This document shows positions 17,743 to 26,152 of a stretch of DNA of 64,000 nucleotides, in pieces. The stretch comes from an uncultured Patescibacteria group bacterium. Lineage in GTDB: Bacteria > Patescibacteriota > Microgenomatia > UBA1400 > PJMF01. Each line of letters starts with the position of its first letter. The first letter of the stretch is position 1. A program made the translations under genes and the position numbers. Below the pieces are notes generated by a model, which saw nothing but the letters and a program-made list of their open reading frames with translations, made no database searches and was not told the DNA's origin. Location of the stretch: positions 186,699 to 250,698 of the forward strand of contig CAJQIG010000002.1 in the NCBI GenBank assembly GCA_905478415.1. The letters are read 5' to 3'.

Positions 17743-17814
17743 GCCGAAGTGGCTCAGTGGTAGAGCACCATCTTGGTAAGATGGGGGTCACGGGTTCGAT
17801 TCCCGTCTTCGGCT
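17743..17814 (+). tRNA. tRNA-Thr (anticodon GGT)
   Basis: Manual cloverleaf: acceptor GCCGAAG/CTTCGGC, anticodon loop TTGGTAA, T-arm ACGGG-TTCGATT-CCCGT. No encoded CCA. Confidence 0.9.
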
Positions 17815-17941
17815 CAGAGTGGGTAGTTAACTTGAAAAGTTGCCGATTTGCTCAAGATCAAACTATGTCGAGGTGATATAATTTGTGAAGGTTTCTGGAT
17901 GAATAGTGCAGAGATTTTGTTTTTTAATGTCTTTGAAAGAT

Positions 17942-18023
17942 GCCAGGTTACTCAAGCGGTCAACGAGGACAGACTGTAAATCTGTTGGCTCAGCCTTCGT
18001 AGGTTCGAATCCTACACCTGGCA
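17942..18023 (+). tRNA. tRNA-Tyr (anticodon GTA), class II with a long variable arm
   Basis: Acceptor GCCAGGT/ACCTGGC, anticodon loop CTGTAAA, variable arm TGGCTCAGCCTTC, T-arm GTAGG-TTCGAAT-CCTAC. Confidence 0.9.
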
Positions 18024-18041
18024 CAACTATAATAGTAAGGT

Positions 18042-18115
18042 GCCACCTTAGCTCAGTTGGTTAGAGCGACGGTTTTGTAAACCGTAGGTCCAGGGTTCGA
18101 ATCCCTGAGGTGGCT
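18042..18115 (+). tRNA. tRNA-Thr (anticodon TGT)
   Basis: Acceptor GCCACCT/AGGTGGC, anticodon loop TTTGTAA, T-arm CAGGG-TTCGAAT-CCCTG. Confidence 0.9.
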
Positions 18116-18192
18116 CAAGCATTTTGACTGGCGTATTTACGCATGGTCATTCGTTTGATATAATACCCGTCTGAAAAGAAAAGAAAGTTAGT

Positions 18193-18393
18193 ATGGCAAG
18201 CAAGAAAAAAGGTCCACGACAACACGTCGGCTTGAAGTGTAAAGAATGTAACGCTTTTGGGTACGTGACCGCATTTAATAAAAATAATGAACAACTTAAG
18301 AAACAAGCAGGAGGTTCTACTTTCCCGCTGAACAAGTACTGCAAAAAGTGTCGCAAGCACACGGAGCATGTACAGTCTAAGAAACTTAAGTAA
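18193..18393 (+). CDS. rpmG: 50S ribosomal protein L33
   Basis: 66 aa. KCKECNAFGY...NKYCKKCRKHTEHVQSKK has the CxxC...CxxC zinc-ribbon pattern of L33. It follows a tRNA cluster, as in many bacteria. Confidence 0.9.
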   Translation: MASKKKGPRQHVGLKCKECNAFGYVTAFNKNNEQLKKQAGGSTFPLNKYCKKCRKHTEHVQSKKLK

Positions 18394-18417
18394 TCGTTTC
18401 ACCTACATAAAAATTGA

Positions 18418-18446
18418 GAACCGCACTGAAAAGTGCGGTTTTTTGT
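18418..18446 (+). terminator. Rho-independent terminator of rpmG
   Basis: AACCGCACT pairs with AGTGCGGTT, followed by TTTT. Confidence 0.8.
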
Positions 18447-18502
18447 ACTGAAAAATAGTAGTAACATCCCATATGATATAATAGGAGTCTTAAATGAGTA
18501 CC

Positions 18503-18532
18503 AGCACCGGCCTTCGCGCCGGTGCTTTTTTT
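18503..18532 (+). terminator. Terminator hairpin, copy 1 of a duplicated 30-nt sequence
   Basis: AGCACCGGC-CTTC-GCGCCGGTGCT followed by T7. Identical to 19092-19121. Confidence 0.7.
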
Positions 18533-18743
18533 GCTTATATATTGATCTTTTACACCTCATATGATATATTATGAGCTAGTTACATTGCTTTTTAAAATAA
18601 TAACTTTTGGCTACAACAGCGAATACATCATGCTTTTTACGAAGTCTGGGTGTGTTGACTGTTGTGGTCAAGAGTATTGTTACGATTGACTGCACAAAAA
18701 TTTTTTCAACTTTTTCCACCTAATAATCAAAAGGAGCAAGAAA

Positions 18744-19067
18744 ATGGAAAATGAAATGTTGCAGTTAGCTGGTGCTGAGGTTTCAGAACGTGTTGAGTTG
18801 GTAATTGCCGACCCCGAACATGATCGTCACCTGGATCTGTGTGGATTCCTACAAGTCGGACCAACATTGGTGGTCCGGATTCAGGAAGAAACCAGTATCT
18901 ACCAACTCCCCGATGAGTTGGAGTGGGATTGGGACGAGGTCGATTGCGGCCGCGAAACGGCTGGCCAGCTCATGGAGGCTGAGCAACTGCCCTATGAACT
19001 GACCAAGCACTTGGTCATTACAGCAGTCGCCACGAGCATTCTTGAAGCGTTTCTCAGCATGCGGTAG
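18744..19067 (+). CDS. Hypothetical acidic protein
   Basis: 107-aa ORF with an AAAAGGAG Shine-Dalgarno sequence. Locally GC-richer than its flanks. Bracketed by the two identical terminator hairpins. Confidence 0.5.
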   Translation: MENEMLQLAGAEVSERVELVIADPEHDRHLDLCGFLQVGPTLVVRIQEETSIYQLPDELEWDWDEVDCGRETAGQLMEAEQLPYELTKHLVITAVATSILEAFLSMR

Positions 19068-19091
19068 AACCTTCAAGCAGCAATGTAGCAC

Positions 19092-19121
19092 AGCACCGGC
19101 CTTCGCGCCGGTGCTTTTTTT
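19092..19121 (+). terminator. Terminator hairpin, copy 2 (it may double as the transcription-blocking hairpin at the IS200 left end)
   Basis: Identical 30 nt, AGCACCGGCCTTCGCGCCGGTGCTTTTTTT. Confidence 0.7.
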
Positions 19122-19740
19122 CGTAGCGAGGAAACTCCGGACAGTTCATCCATTGGAGCGAAGCGATAGTGTCCGGGGATGAACGCCTCATAGCACCGAA
19201 GGTGCTATGATGTCATCATGAAAACCCGGAAGTTAAATCATAGTGTGTATAAACACCAATATCACTTGGTATGGGGGACGAAATATCGTCGGAAATTTTT
19301 CAAGAAGTATGTTGGAGATGAATTTGAACATCTTCTATACGAATTAGTTAAAAAGAAGTATCCAGATTTATATATCGAAGCGGTTAATACAGACCAGGAT
19401 CATGTACATATACAGATAGAAATACCACCAACATATGCAGTGTCAGACGTAGTAAAGCGAATAAAATGGCATAGTAGTGTGTACCTCAAGAAGAAGTTCA
19501 AATTTATCGATAGAATGTATATAAATGGAAACATTTGGGGTGTGGGATATTACTCATCAACCATAGGATTGGACGAAGAAACAATTAGAAAATACATAGA
19601 ATATCAGGGGAAAGAAGAAGTCCTCCAGACACCGAGTCTATTTGAATAAAATTTTCATGAGAACTTGACCTTTAGGTCATTGCGAAGCAAATAGGAAACC
19701 CCGGACATTGGCGTAGCTGTCCGGGGAGGACGTCATTTTA
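19122..19740 (+). mobile_element. IS200/IS605-family insertion sequence (tnpA only); exact ends uncertain
   Basis: Y1-transposase gene flanked by related subterminal hairpins. Left: CTCCGGACA...TGTCCGGGGA (19135-19179). Right: CCCCGGACA...TGTCCGGGGA (19699-19727). Confidence 0.75.
19218..19649 (+). CDS. tnpA: IS200/IS605-family Y1 (HUH) transposase TnpA
   Basis: 143 aa. YHLVWGTKYRRKFF and DHVHIQIEIPP (HUH motif), then a C-terminal YIEYQ containing the catalytic-Tyr region. Confidence 0.9.
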   Translation: MKTRKLNHSVYKHQYHLVWGTKYRRKFFKKYVGDEFEHLLYELVKKKYPDLYIEAVNTDQDHVHIQIEIPPTYAVSDVVKRIKWHSSVYLKKKFKFIDRMYINGNIWGVGYYSSTIGLDEETIRKYIEYQGKEEVLQTPSLFE

Positions 19741-19791
19741 CAAAAACCAAAAAACACAACTAGTTTTCTCAAGAAAAACCGCTTAGTGGTA

Positions 19792-21108
19792 TTATTTTAC
19801 CGATTTTACAACTTTTATGATATGTTGGGCGCCGTGTGTGAGTGACGTGGGGAGGGCGTGAGCGTTGAGCATAGCTTGTTCAATCCATGAATGTTGTTTA
19901 CCACGGGTTGAAAGTAAGCTTTCGAGCTGAGGCACAATTGAGTCCAAGACAATTCGACGACCAATTTGTTTTTGTTCGAATACTTCACGAATTCGTTCTT
20001 CCCACGGTCCCCATTCGTCCAGTGTCAGCAAAAAGCTGCCGGCAGCAGCTGCATCGTAGGCCATATCGCCGGAAGGTTTGGTGATAAAACCATCGGCCCA
20101 TGGGAAGCCGTAGGTTTGGAGTTTTTCATTCGCGTCTACAATCTGTGGATGGTAGAGAACCCGGAGTGGGGCATTTTTATCTGTTTCATCAAATACTTTG
20201 ACACGGTGTTTTTTTGCGAGTTCGAGTACACTTTTATAAATATCTTCGTGCGTGCCACAGTAGATGAGCAAACTGAGTTTTCGGGTTTTTCTTCTAAGCT
20301 CTGGCAGTAGTTGTTCGAGCGCAATCAGTAGTTCTGGCTTGTTGGTTCCAAGTCCGCCAGTAGTGAGGCAAAGTTTGAGAATTCCACTGCGGTGAGGATG
20401 TTTTGTTTCTTTGGCTTTGAGGGTGCGAGGGTCGATGGGGGCGCCAGTGACAAAAATTCTACTTGGTTCGGCCGCTATCCCAAGCAACGCTGCTTTTTCG
20501 AGAAACTCTGTTTTGGTATTTTCATCAAACACACAGAAGTACATATTTTTTCTATATGAGTTGGTGACGTACTCATCCCGAACATGAGGATCAGTAATGA
20601 CCTGGACGATAGTTTTACCTTGAGAAGCCAAAATATTTCCTGCCGCAATATGAAGTGACAGAATAGGATGTTTAATTCCGGCTGTGACGTATAAAAGTGG
20701 GGGAGTAATACTATCAAGAATCGGTAGCTTACTACGTCCAAACCTGTCAATAAAGGCTTTAATGGTCTGGAGAATACTGTACCGAGCAATAGTCTTGCCA
20801 ATTTCTTCGGTGAGCACAATTGATTTCCAATCTTTTTTGGAAACATAATTCGTTGGGTCAAGGACCCAAGCTTTGGTGTGATCAACTTTTTTGCCCCAAG
20901 CCGCCGTAGCGATTGCTAGAGCCATGGAGTAGTGAGCTCTAGAGAACACAATATCGGGGGTATCGTCCCGAGCGGGGAGGCCATGCATTTCTTTTAGATC
21001 CTCTTTGTAGCTGCTCGAAACGGTGATGATTGGGACTTCAGTTTTTTCGAGAAAGAGCTTATCTTCTTTGAGTGTTTTAATGAGGAAGGGGTCGAATAGT
21101 TCGGGCAT
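19792..21108 (-). CDS. GT-B glycosyltransferase, MGDG-synthase/UgtP-like (GT28-like)
   Basis: QVITDPHVRDEY...VTGAPIDPR, and C-terminal GFITKPSGDMAYDAAAAG resembling the (K/S)PGGxTxxEA motif of diacylglycerol glycosyltransferases. Confidence 0.5.
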   Translation of the reverse strand: MPELFDPFLIKTLKEDKLFLEKTEVPIITVSSSYKEDLKEMHGLPARDDTPDIVFSRAHYSMALAIATAAWGKKVDHTKAWVLDPTNYVSKKDWKSIVLTEEIGKTIARYSILQTIKAFIDRFGRSKLPILDSITPPLLYVTAGIKHPILSLHIAAGNILASQGKTIVQVITDPHVRDEYVTNSYRKNMYFCVFDENTKTEFLEKAALLGIAAEPSRIFVTGAPIDPRTLKAKETKHPHRSGILKLCLTTGGLGTNKPELLIALEQLLPELRRKTRKLSLLIYCGTHEDIYKSVLELAKKHRVKVFDETDKNAPLRVLYHPQIVDANEKLQTYGFPWADGFITKPSGDMAYDAAAAGSFLLTLDEWGPWEERIREVFEQKQIGRRIVLDSIVPQLESLLSTRGKQHSWIEQAMLNAHALPTSLTHGAQHIIKVVKSVK

Positions 21109-21218
21109 ATAGTTTTAGTATAGCGTATTGTGGTTTTTGTTTACATTAGGAAGAAAAGATTCCTTTTTAACCTGTTTTTTGGTAGGCTCAAGATAGTTTT
21201 ATATGAGAAGAGGATAGA

Positions 21219-21650
21219 ATGCTTGAACCAAACTCGTTTTTAAATGAAGGTCACCATGATCATGTGAAGGGGGTACTTGCAAAGTACGAGGACAAACTTT
21301 CAGTGGATGCACTTCGTGATGCTGAAGTACAGAAAAAACTAACCTACGCACTTGAACAGCAACTTCATCAATGGGAAACAATTACTAGCGGAGTCCAGAC
21401 TGCGTTAGATGCCGGGTTGTTTGCGCAAGGAGTTCCGAGAGAGTTTGTTGAATCGTTTTCTCAACAGTTAGAAACAAATAGTGCAAACTTAGACATACTT
21501 TTCAAAGCTGCTGAAGAGGTTAGCACGTTAGTACCCGATGAGAGCGAACTGGTAGATACTCTATCAGAGTACCAAGCCCGAATTAGGATTAGAATAGAAG
21601 AATGTCACTTAGCATTAAAAGAATTAAAAAAAGTCAAAGTAACAGACTAA
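21219..21650 (+). CDS. Hypothetical helical protein
   Basis: 143-aa ORF with no recognisable motifs. Its stop overlaps the convergent lipoprotein gene by 4 bp. Confidence 0.4.
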   Translation: MLEPNSFLNEGHHDHVKGVLAKYEDKLSVDALRDAEVQKKLTYALEQQLHQWETITSGVQTALDAGLFAQGVPREFVESFSQQLETNSANLDILFKAAEEVSTLVPDESELVDTLSEYQARIRIRIEECHLALKELKKVKVTD

Positions 21651-22150
21651 AGTGCTTGGAATATTCCCTCAAGGATGTGTTTAGCAGGCGCAGGATCACC
21701 ATCATCTGGTTCCAGAGTTAGGACGTATTTGCTGTGATCTGTGAGATCTTTGCTATCTATAAATGTATTAGTATAGGTGCCATCTTCACTTTTTTCAGCA
21801 ACCCCTGTGCTAATTATACTTAAAGGAGCAGGGCGTACAATCCAGCCTTCGTAGAAATCTGTACCTTCTGGGTCTGGCAAGTTTTCGAGTGGGGCAATCA
21901 TGCGGTACTCATTTTCAATAAATCCTGCCATAACCGTGCCAGAACCACCACTATTAGCTACGTCCTCAAGGAGTGCTTCGAACTGGTACTGTGTGAGTTG
22001 AGTATCGACTATTTGGTCTGGATTTTCAGTTGCATTTAGAGCTTCAGGAACTTCCGGAGGAAGTGATGGGGTTGCAGGAGTATTTTTTGTGCATCCAGCT
22101 ATCAGTATGCTTGTGGCTCCTAAAAGGAGTAAAAAGAGAGTTTTTTTCAT
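21647..22150 (-). CDS. Lipoprotein with an RskA-C-terminal-like (anti-sigma-K-like) domain
   Basis: Start at M40 of the ORF gives MKKTLFLLLLGATSILIAGC, a signal peptide plus lipobox. YEGWIV...VLTLEPDDGDPAPAKH resembles the RskA C-domain pattern. Confidence 0.6.
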   Translation of the reverse strand: MKKTLFLLLLGATSILIAGCTKNTPATPSLPPEVPEALNATENPDQIVDTQLTQYQFEALLEDVANSGGSGTVMAGFIENEYRMIAPLENLPDPEGTDFYEGWIVRPAPLSIISTGVAEKSEDGTYTNTFIDSKDLTDHSKYVLTLEPDDGDPAPAKHILEGIFQAL

Positions 22151-22182
22151 GTAGTAAAAGTATAGCAGGTTACTGTAGATAA

Positions 22183-22214
22183 TAAAAAAAGGCGGCGAGT
22201 TCGGTGACTCGCCG
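22183..22214 (-). terminator. Minus-strand intrinsic terminator with no annotated upstream minus-strand gene
   Basis: GCGGCGAGT pairs with ACTCGCCGC, followed by T7 on the minus strand. It lies about 35 nt upstream of the lipoprotein start. Confidence 0.55.
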
Positions 22215-22298
22215 CTAGTAGTAACAGAGAATCTAGTCGTTTGGAGAAACAAGAAAGAACGGTCCAAGGATACTTACAGCACTCAGCACTCTCAATAA

Positions 22299-22646
22299 AT
22301 GATAGTATATTCTGAAATGTCAAAAAAACCACATATTTTAGTCATCTGTTCGCGAAACAAGAAAAGAAGTCTGACTGCTGAGAGAATGTATAAAAATGAC
22401 CAGCGTCTTGTAGTACGTTCGGCAGGAACGAGTCCAAGAGCGATACACAGAGTTACGAAGCAGGATATTACTTGGGCAGATAGTATTTTGTGTATGGAAA
22501 ATAAGCATCGAGATATGCTACAAAAAACATTTGGCAAGAGTAGTCTGCCTACGCTTTGGGTAGCAGATATAGAAGACGAATATGAATATATGGATCTAGA
22601 ACTTGTCGAGATGTTACAGGTTGAGATTGAAAGAGTTATTTCATAA
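22299..22646 (+). CDS. Low-molecular-weight phosphatase-like protein (COG4551-type predicted protein tyrosine phosphatase)
   Basis: ILVICSRNKKRSLTAE contains a CX5R(S) P-loop. 115 aa. Confidence 0.6.
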   Translation: MIVYSEMSKKPHILVICSRNKKRSLTAERMYKNDQRLVVRSAGTSPRAIHRVTKQDITWADSILCMENKHRDMLQKTFGKSSLPTLWVADIEDEYEYMDLELVEMLQVEIERVIS

Positions 22647-22726
22647 TAAACGAAGAGCCCCGACAAATCTTCCTCTCACACAGAGCACATTTGCAAATAT
22701 ACTCACGGAGTCTCTATACTAGTAGT

Positions 22727-23362
22727 ATGTCTAACTTTGAAAGAGTAGTGGTGTTTCTGTTGTTTATTGTATTTTGCTTGATCAGCACGCTCTTTGTGCT
22801 TTTTTTTAAGACGGATGCCATCCCAAAAACTATTTCTCAAACTAGTGAGGGCAAAACTGAGAATACAGTTGCTCCATCTCTGCAACAAACTCAAGCGTTA
22901 CTCGAGCAAGTAGATGCATTAGCAGCAAGTTCATCAGCTCTATTAGAGAGAATTCAGATACTTGAAGAAGATTTGCAAAAAAAAACTAGTGTGCAAAAAA
23001 GTGCAGCTCCTGCCTTTCAAAAACAAATTATCTATATTGGATCTGCCAGTACGAAGGAGCGCGAGTGGACGGATTCTGGGGTAGAAGTGACATTGGATAG
23101 TGCTGATTATCCCTCAAATGTCACAGCTGCATTTGAAGTTGGCCTCTCGATTGTGGGAGGAGAGGCTTGGGCCAGGTTGCTCAACAAGACTACTGGAGCT
23201 ATACTGGCTATTACGGAAGTGTCACACGCCTCGAGTACGACGACTTGGAAAACATCCCCAGTATTTACACTACACCCCGGAAAAAATACGTACATACTCG
23301 AGATAAAGTCTAGCAGTGGTGAAACGGCCAGCTTTTCTGGGGCCCGGGTGGTGATAGAGTAA
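22727..23362 (+). CDS. Hypothetical N-terminally membrane-anchored protein
   Basis: Start at M13 gives MSNFERVVVFLLFIVFCLISTLFVLFF. A coiled-coil segment is followed by a beta-rich C-domain. Confidence 0.5.
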   Translation: MSNFERVVVFLLFIVFCLISTLFVLFFKTDAIPKTISQTSEGKTENTVAPSLQQTQALLEQVDALAASSSALLERIQILEEDLQKKTSVQKSAAPAFQKQIIYIGSASTKEREWTDSGVEVTLDSADYPSNVTAAFEVGLSIVGGEAWARLLNKTTGAILAITEVSHASSTTTWKTSPVFTLHPGKNTYILEIKSSSGETASFSGARVVIE

Positions 23363-23430
23363 GTGGAACCTATTTATAGATTAATATCTGTTTTACCCTC
23401 AACATAATCACGAATTAAAACCCCAAGCAG
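23363..23430. repeat. Possible split/inverted remnants of the cassette-boundary repeat
   Basis: GTGGAACCTATTTA (23363-23376) matches the right half of the repeat. GAATTAAAACCCCAAGCAG (23412-23430) matches the reverse complement of the left half. Confidence 0.3.
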
Positions 23431-23497
23431 AGTTTGATATGGAATATTTTTTGCCTTTAAACATACTAGAGTATTTTTACTACACAGACAGGAAATC

Positions 23498-24115
23498 ATG
23501 AGTGAGAACCCCCTGGATAGGATAAAATATAGGCAGTTCCAAAACACCTTAGAGAACAGAGGTGGAAGCGAGACGATTATTCGTAGTATGTCTAACATAC
23601 TAAAAAAGATGGCGGAAAATAACGTTTCGACAGTATTTTTTCTTGATCGATCAGCAAGACCTTTGGCCTATTTAGCCAAGGAAATGTGGCAGGTTATGTA
23701 CCAGGGACGTGAATTTCCCGCGGTACGATTCATAAATATTGGAAAAGAGACGAGTCAAAAAGATATTAATCAATCTGGTGGAGTAGGTGATATCTATTCG
23801 ATTCCAGACGATGGCACTATAATGATTATTGACGAATTTGTGATGCATGGGCACTCTCTCAGGAGAGCCAAAGAGCTCTTAGATAAGTCTTTTCCTAATA
23901 GAGAATTTATTACCATTTCACCGTACTTACATGAATTTAGAGAGTTGCCGGCGATCTTCAAGGGTATTGAAGACAGGTCAGTTGAAGGTCCGATGAAGTT
24001 TGTTGCGCAGCCTCACTCAGATCAAAGTTCAGTTGAAGCACGAATAAAATTGAGGAAATACCTCAAGGAGTTTGTCAAAAATAATGCTGAAAAAATTAAG
24101 GAGACTACGGAGTGA
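23498..24115 (+). CDS. Phosphoribosyltransferase-like protein
   Basis: TIMIIDEFVMHGHSL resembles a PRPP-binding loop (hhhhDDhhxTGxT). Confidence 0.45.
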   Translation: MSENPLDRIKYRQFQNTLENRGGSETIIRSMSNILKKMAENNVSTVFFLDRSARPLAYLAKEMWQVMYQGREFPAVRFINIGKETSQKDINQSGGVGDIYSIPDDGTIMIIDEFVMHGHSLRRAKELLDKSFPNREFITISPYLHEFRELPAIFKGIEDRSVEGPMKFVAQPHSDQSSVEARIKLRKYLKEFVKNNAEKIKETTE

Positions 24116-24125
24116 CTAATTTTGC

Positions 24126-24155
24126 GGGGACTAGTGACGGATGTTCGAACCTATA
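24126..24155. repeat. Cassette-boundary repeat, copy A
   Basis: GGGGACTAGTGACGGATGTTCGAACCTATA. It abuts the stop codon of 24156..24419. Confidence 0.85.
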
Positions 24156-24419
24156 TCAGTATTGATCATGGTTTACTAAATCAAAAAAGATGTAAACATC
24201 ATCTTCTTTAATTGCCAATGCTCTCAAATCTCCTTTTATTCGAATAGCATACTGACTAGATCTTTCACCTTTTAATCTATGCAAACGCAACCCCATATGA
24301 TAGGGATTTTCTTTAAATTTTTTAAACTGTTTTCTAAAAATTTTATCCAAAAGAGGATTTTTATTCTTAAACTTTACTACTTTTCTCTTAAATGACTCTG
24401 TATAAACAACTTTTATCAT
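24156..24419 (-). CDS. RelE/ParE-superfamily type II toxin
   Basis: 87 aa. NPYHMGLRLHRLKGERSSQYAIRIKGDLRAL fits the RelE/ParE pattern. 4-bp overlap with the upstream antitoxin. Confidence 0.8.
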   Translation of the reverse strand: MIKVVYTESFKRKVVKFKNKNPLLDKIFRKQFKKFKENPYHMGLRLHRLKGERSSQYAIRIKGDLRALAIKEDDVYIFFDLVNHDQY

Positions 24420-24673
24420 AAAGAGTCAAAAAATTCATCAACATTAATCATTTCGTGGGTTTTTCCCAAACGATGCTCTTCCAAAGCCTTTAAGCCACTT
24501 TCTTCTGTTTTCTTACTCATTTTAAAAGTTGGAACTTCATTTTTCAAAATTTCTTCTGAGGCTTTACTTATAAAAAAACGAATAGTTTTGGGTAAATTAT
24601 ACCCAAATTGAGAACCATAATTTTTTAAAAGGGTAGCTTCTTGAGTTGTAAGAGTTAATTGAACTTTAGTCAT
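24416..24673 (-). CDS. Type II antitoxin (RHH-like)
   Basis: 85 aa. VQLTLTTQEATLLKNYGSQFGYNLPKTIRFFI is a beta-strand plus helices, RHH-like. Translationally coupled to the toxin. Confidence 0.7.
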   Translation of the reverse strand: MTKVQLTLTTQEATLLKNYGSQFGYNLPKTIRFFISKASEEILKNEVPTFKMSKKTEESGLKALEEHRLGKTHEMINVDEFFDSL

Positions 24674-24740
24674 ATGTATTAGTATTATATTATAAAATCA
24701 TTGTTTTGTAAATACTTTAATACTACTTTTGATATTTCTT

Positions 24741-24770
24741 GGGGATTAGTGAAGGATGTTCGAACCTATT
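24741..24770. repeat. Cassette-boundary repeat, copy B
   Basis: GGGGATTAGTGAAGGATGTTCGAACCTATT. It overlaps the stop codon of 24766..25044. Confidence 0.85.
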
Positions 24771-25044
24771 TGTACACCTGATCATGAGTTCCAAAACTAA
24801 AAAAAACAATTTTAGACATGTTTCCATCCTGATTATAGTAATAAAGTAATCGATGGGACATATCTACAGAAATACTCCAACTCTCTCTTTGACCTCCGCT
24901 CAATTTGTGGAGTCGTAATGACGGATGATTTTTGTTCTGTTCGAACAATACTAACTGCTTTTTAATTTTTGTGAATAACTGTGTATCGTTTTTTTTAACT
25001 CTTTGCAATTGCTTCAAACATTTTGGTGAAAACGCAATTTCCAT
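24766..25044 (-). CDS. RelE/ParE-superfamily type II toxin
   Basis: 92 aa. NKNHPSLRLHKLSGGQRESWSISVDMSHRLLY. Paralogous to 24156..24419. Confidence 0.8.
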   Translation of the reverse strand: MEIAFSPKCLKQLQRVKKNDTQLFTKIKKQLVLFEQNKNHPSLRLHKLSGGQRESWSISVDMSHRLLYYYNQDGNMSKIVFFSFGTHDQVYK

Positions 25045-25046
25045 TG

Positions 25047-25307
25047 CTATAGATCCTGGAGCAACTTGCCAACGTCATTAGTTTGGATTAAATCTCCAGT
25101 TTTTTCTGCCTCTACAGCCTCTTTAAGATCGTTAGTTGATTGACTGGACATTTCAAAAACAGGATAGTCAACGTCTTGAACATCATTTATCACTAAATTT
25201 CTGATGTAAGCTGATAAGCTAAGACCGTATTTATTAGCTTTAGTCTGCAAGTAACCTTGCAACTGGACTGGTAATGTAACTCTAATTTGAGTAGTTTGTG
25301 TTTGCAT
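25047..25307 (-). CDS. Type II antitoxin (ribbon-helix-helix)
   Basis: 86 aa. QIRVTLPVQLQGYLQTKANKYGLSLSAYIRNLV is a typical RHH. Ends 2 nt before the toxin start. Confidence 0.75.
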   Translation of the reverse strand: MQTQTTQIRVTLPVQLQGYLQTKANKYGLSLSAYIRNLVINDVQDVDYPVFEMSSQSTNDLKEAVEAEKTGDLIQTNDVGKLLQDL

Positions 25308-25371
25308 AAAGCCATTATAGTCTAATTAAAGCATTTATCAAGTACTAATCAAGGCTATTTTGTGTACTTTT

Positions 25372-25402
25372 CAGGGCCTAGTGAAAAATGTTGGAACCCA
25401 TA
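25372..25402. repeat. Cassette-boundary repeat, copy C (more divergent)
   Basis: AGGGCCTAGTGAAAAATGTTGGAACCCATAT. It lies 27 nt beyond the stop of 25430..26032. Confidence 0.75.
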
Positions 25403-25429
25403 TCAACTGTAAGTACATGACTTCATTTG

Positions 25430-26032
25430 CTATTTATCAAAAACAACAACAATGCCATCAATGCTTTTCTTAAATTCAGAACATCTTTGATCATTATATC
25501 TTTGGGTGATTTTATCCATTACTTTGGAATCAACCCCGTTAAATTCCCAAGAATCACTTAGCCTGCTGCTAAAAAATAATGTATCGAATTTAATGACAAT
25601 TTTAAGTGTTTTTAAACTATCAGGTGAAAGATTAAAAAACCAATGAATTAAATCATTAAAAGCAGCATGATGACAACCTTCTACAGGAGTTGTTTCCCCA
25701 CCCATTAACATTACTTCCAATAAACTTGCCCCATCTTTTGACAATAATGCCGTTAAGTCTTCGGGGTTGATAATATCATAGTCATGACCATATTTTTTTC
25801 GTCTTTCTAAAGCAATATTGGGATGATTGTTGAGATAGCTAGAGACAACATGTGGAGCATTTACATATAGACCCCAATGTGCATCTTTTGACTTAAAACC
25901 TGTTACACATATATTTAAATTATACCTTTGATCATCAAAAATTGCTTGCATAGCCTCTCGAGCAGGTTCTTTATAATAAACTTCTCTAATAGGGTGTATT
26001 GCTAAAGCAACGCTTAGATTTTCATTTAACAT
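25430..26032 (-). CDS. Hypothetical protein (single-gene cassette)
   Basis: 200-aa ORF with no recognisable motif. Confidence 0.5.
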   Translation of the reverse strand: MLNENLSVALAIHPIREVYYKEPAREAMQAIFDDQRYNLNICVTGFKSKDAHWGLYVNAPHVVSSYLNNHPNIALERRKKYGHDYDIINPEDLTALLSKDGASLLEVMLMGGETTPVEGCHHAAFNDLIHWFFNLSPDSLKTLKIVIKFDTLFFSSRLSDSWEFNGVDSKVMDKITQRYNDQRCSEFKKSIDGIVVVFDK

Positions 26033-26109
26033 ATTTACCTCTATTCTCTTCTAAAATATCTGTTTATATTTTTAATTCAGCATTCAGCAAACTTATATAA
26101 TAAATACAA

Positions 26110-26144
26110 GGGGCTTGTTACTTGAGGGATGTTCGAACCTATTT
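26110..26144. repeat. Cassette-boundary repeat, copy D (about 5-nt insertion in the left half)
   Basis: GGGGCTTGTTACTTGAGGGATGTTCGAACCTATTT. It lies 8 nt beyond the stop of 26153..26806. Confidence 0.8.
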
Positions 26145-26152
26145 TAAGCTCG

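Noticed and set aside
18494-18574. 26-aa ORF (MSTSTGLRAGAFFAYILIFYTSYDIL) with AGGAG upstream as a small toxin or leader peptide
   Set aside because: The ORF is built largely from the terminator hairpin and its T-run, so the transcript would terminate inside it. It is most likely a fortuitous ORF over a duplicated terminator.
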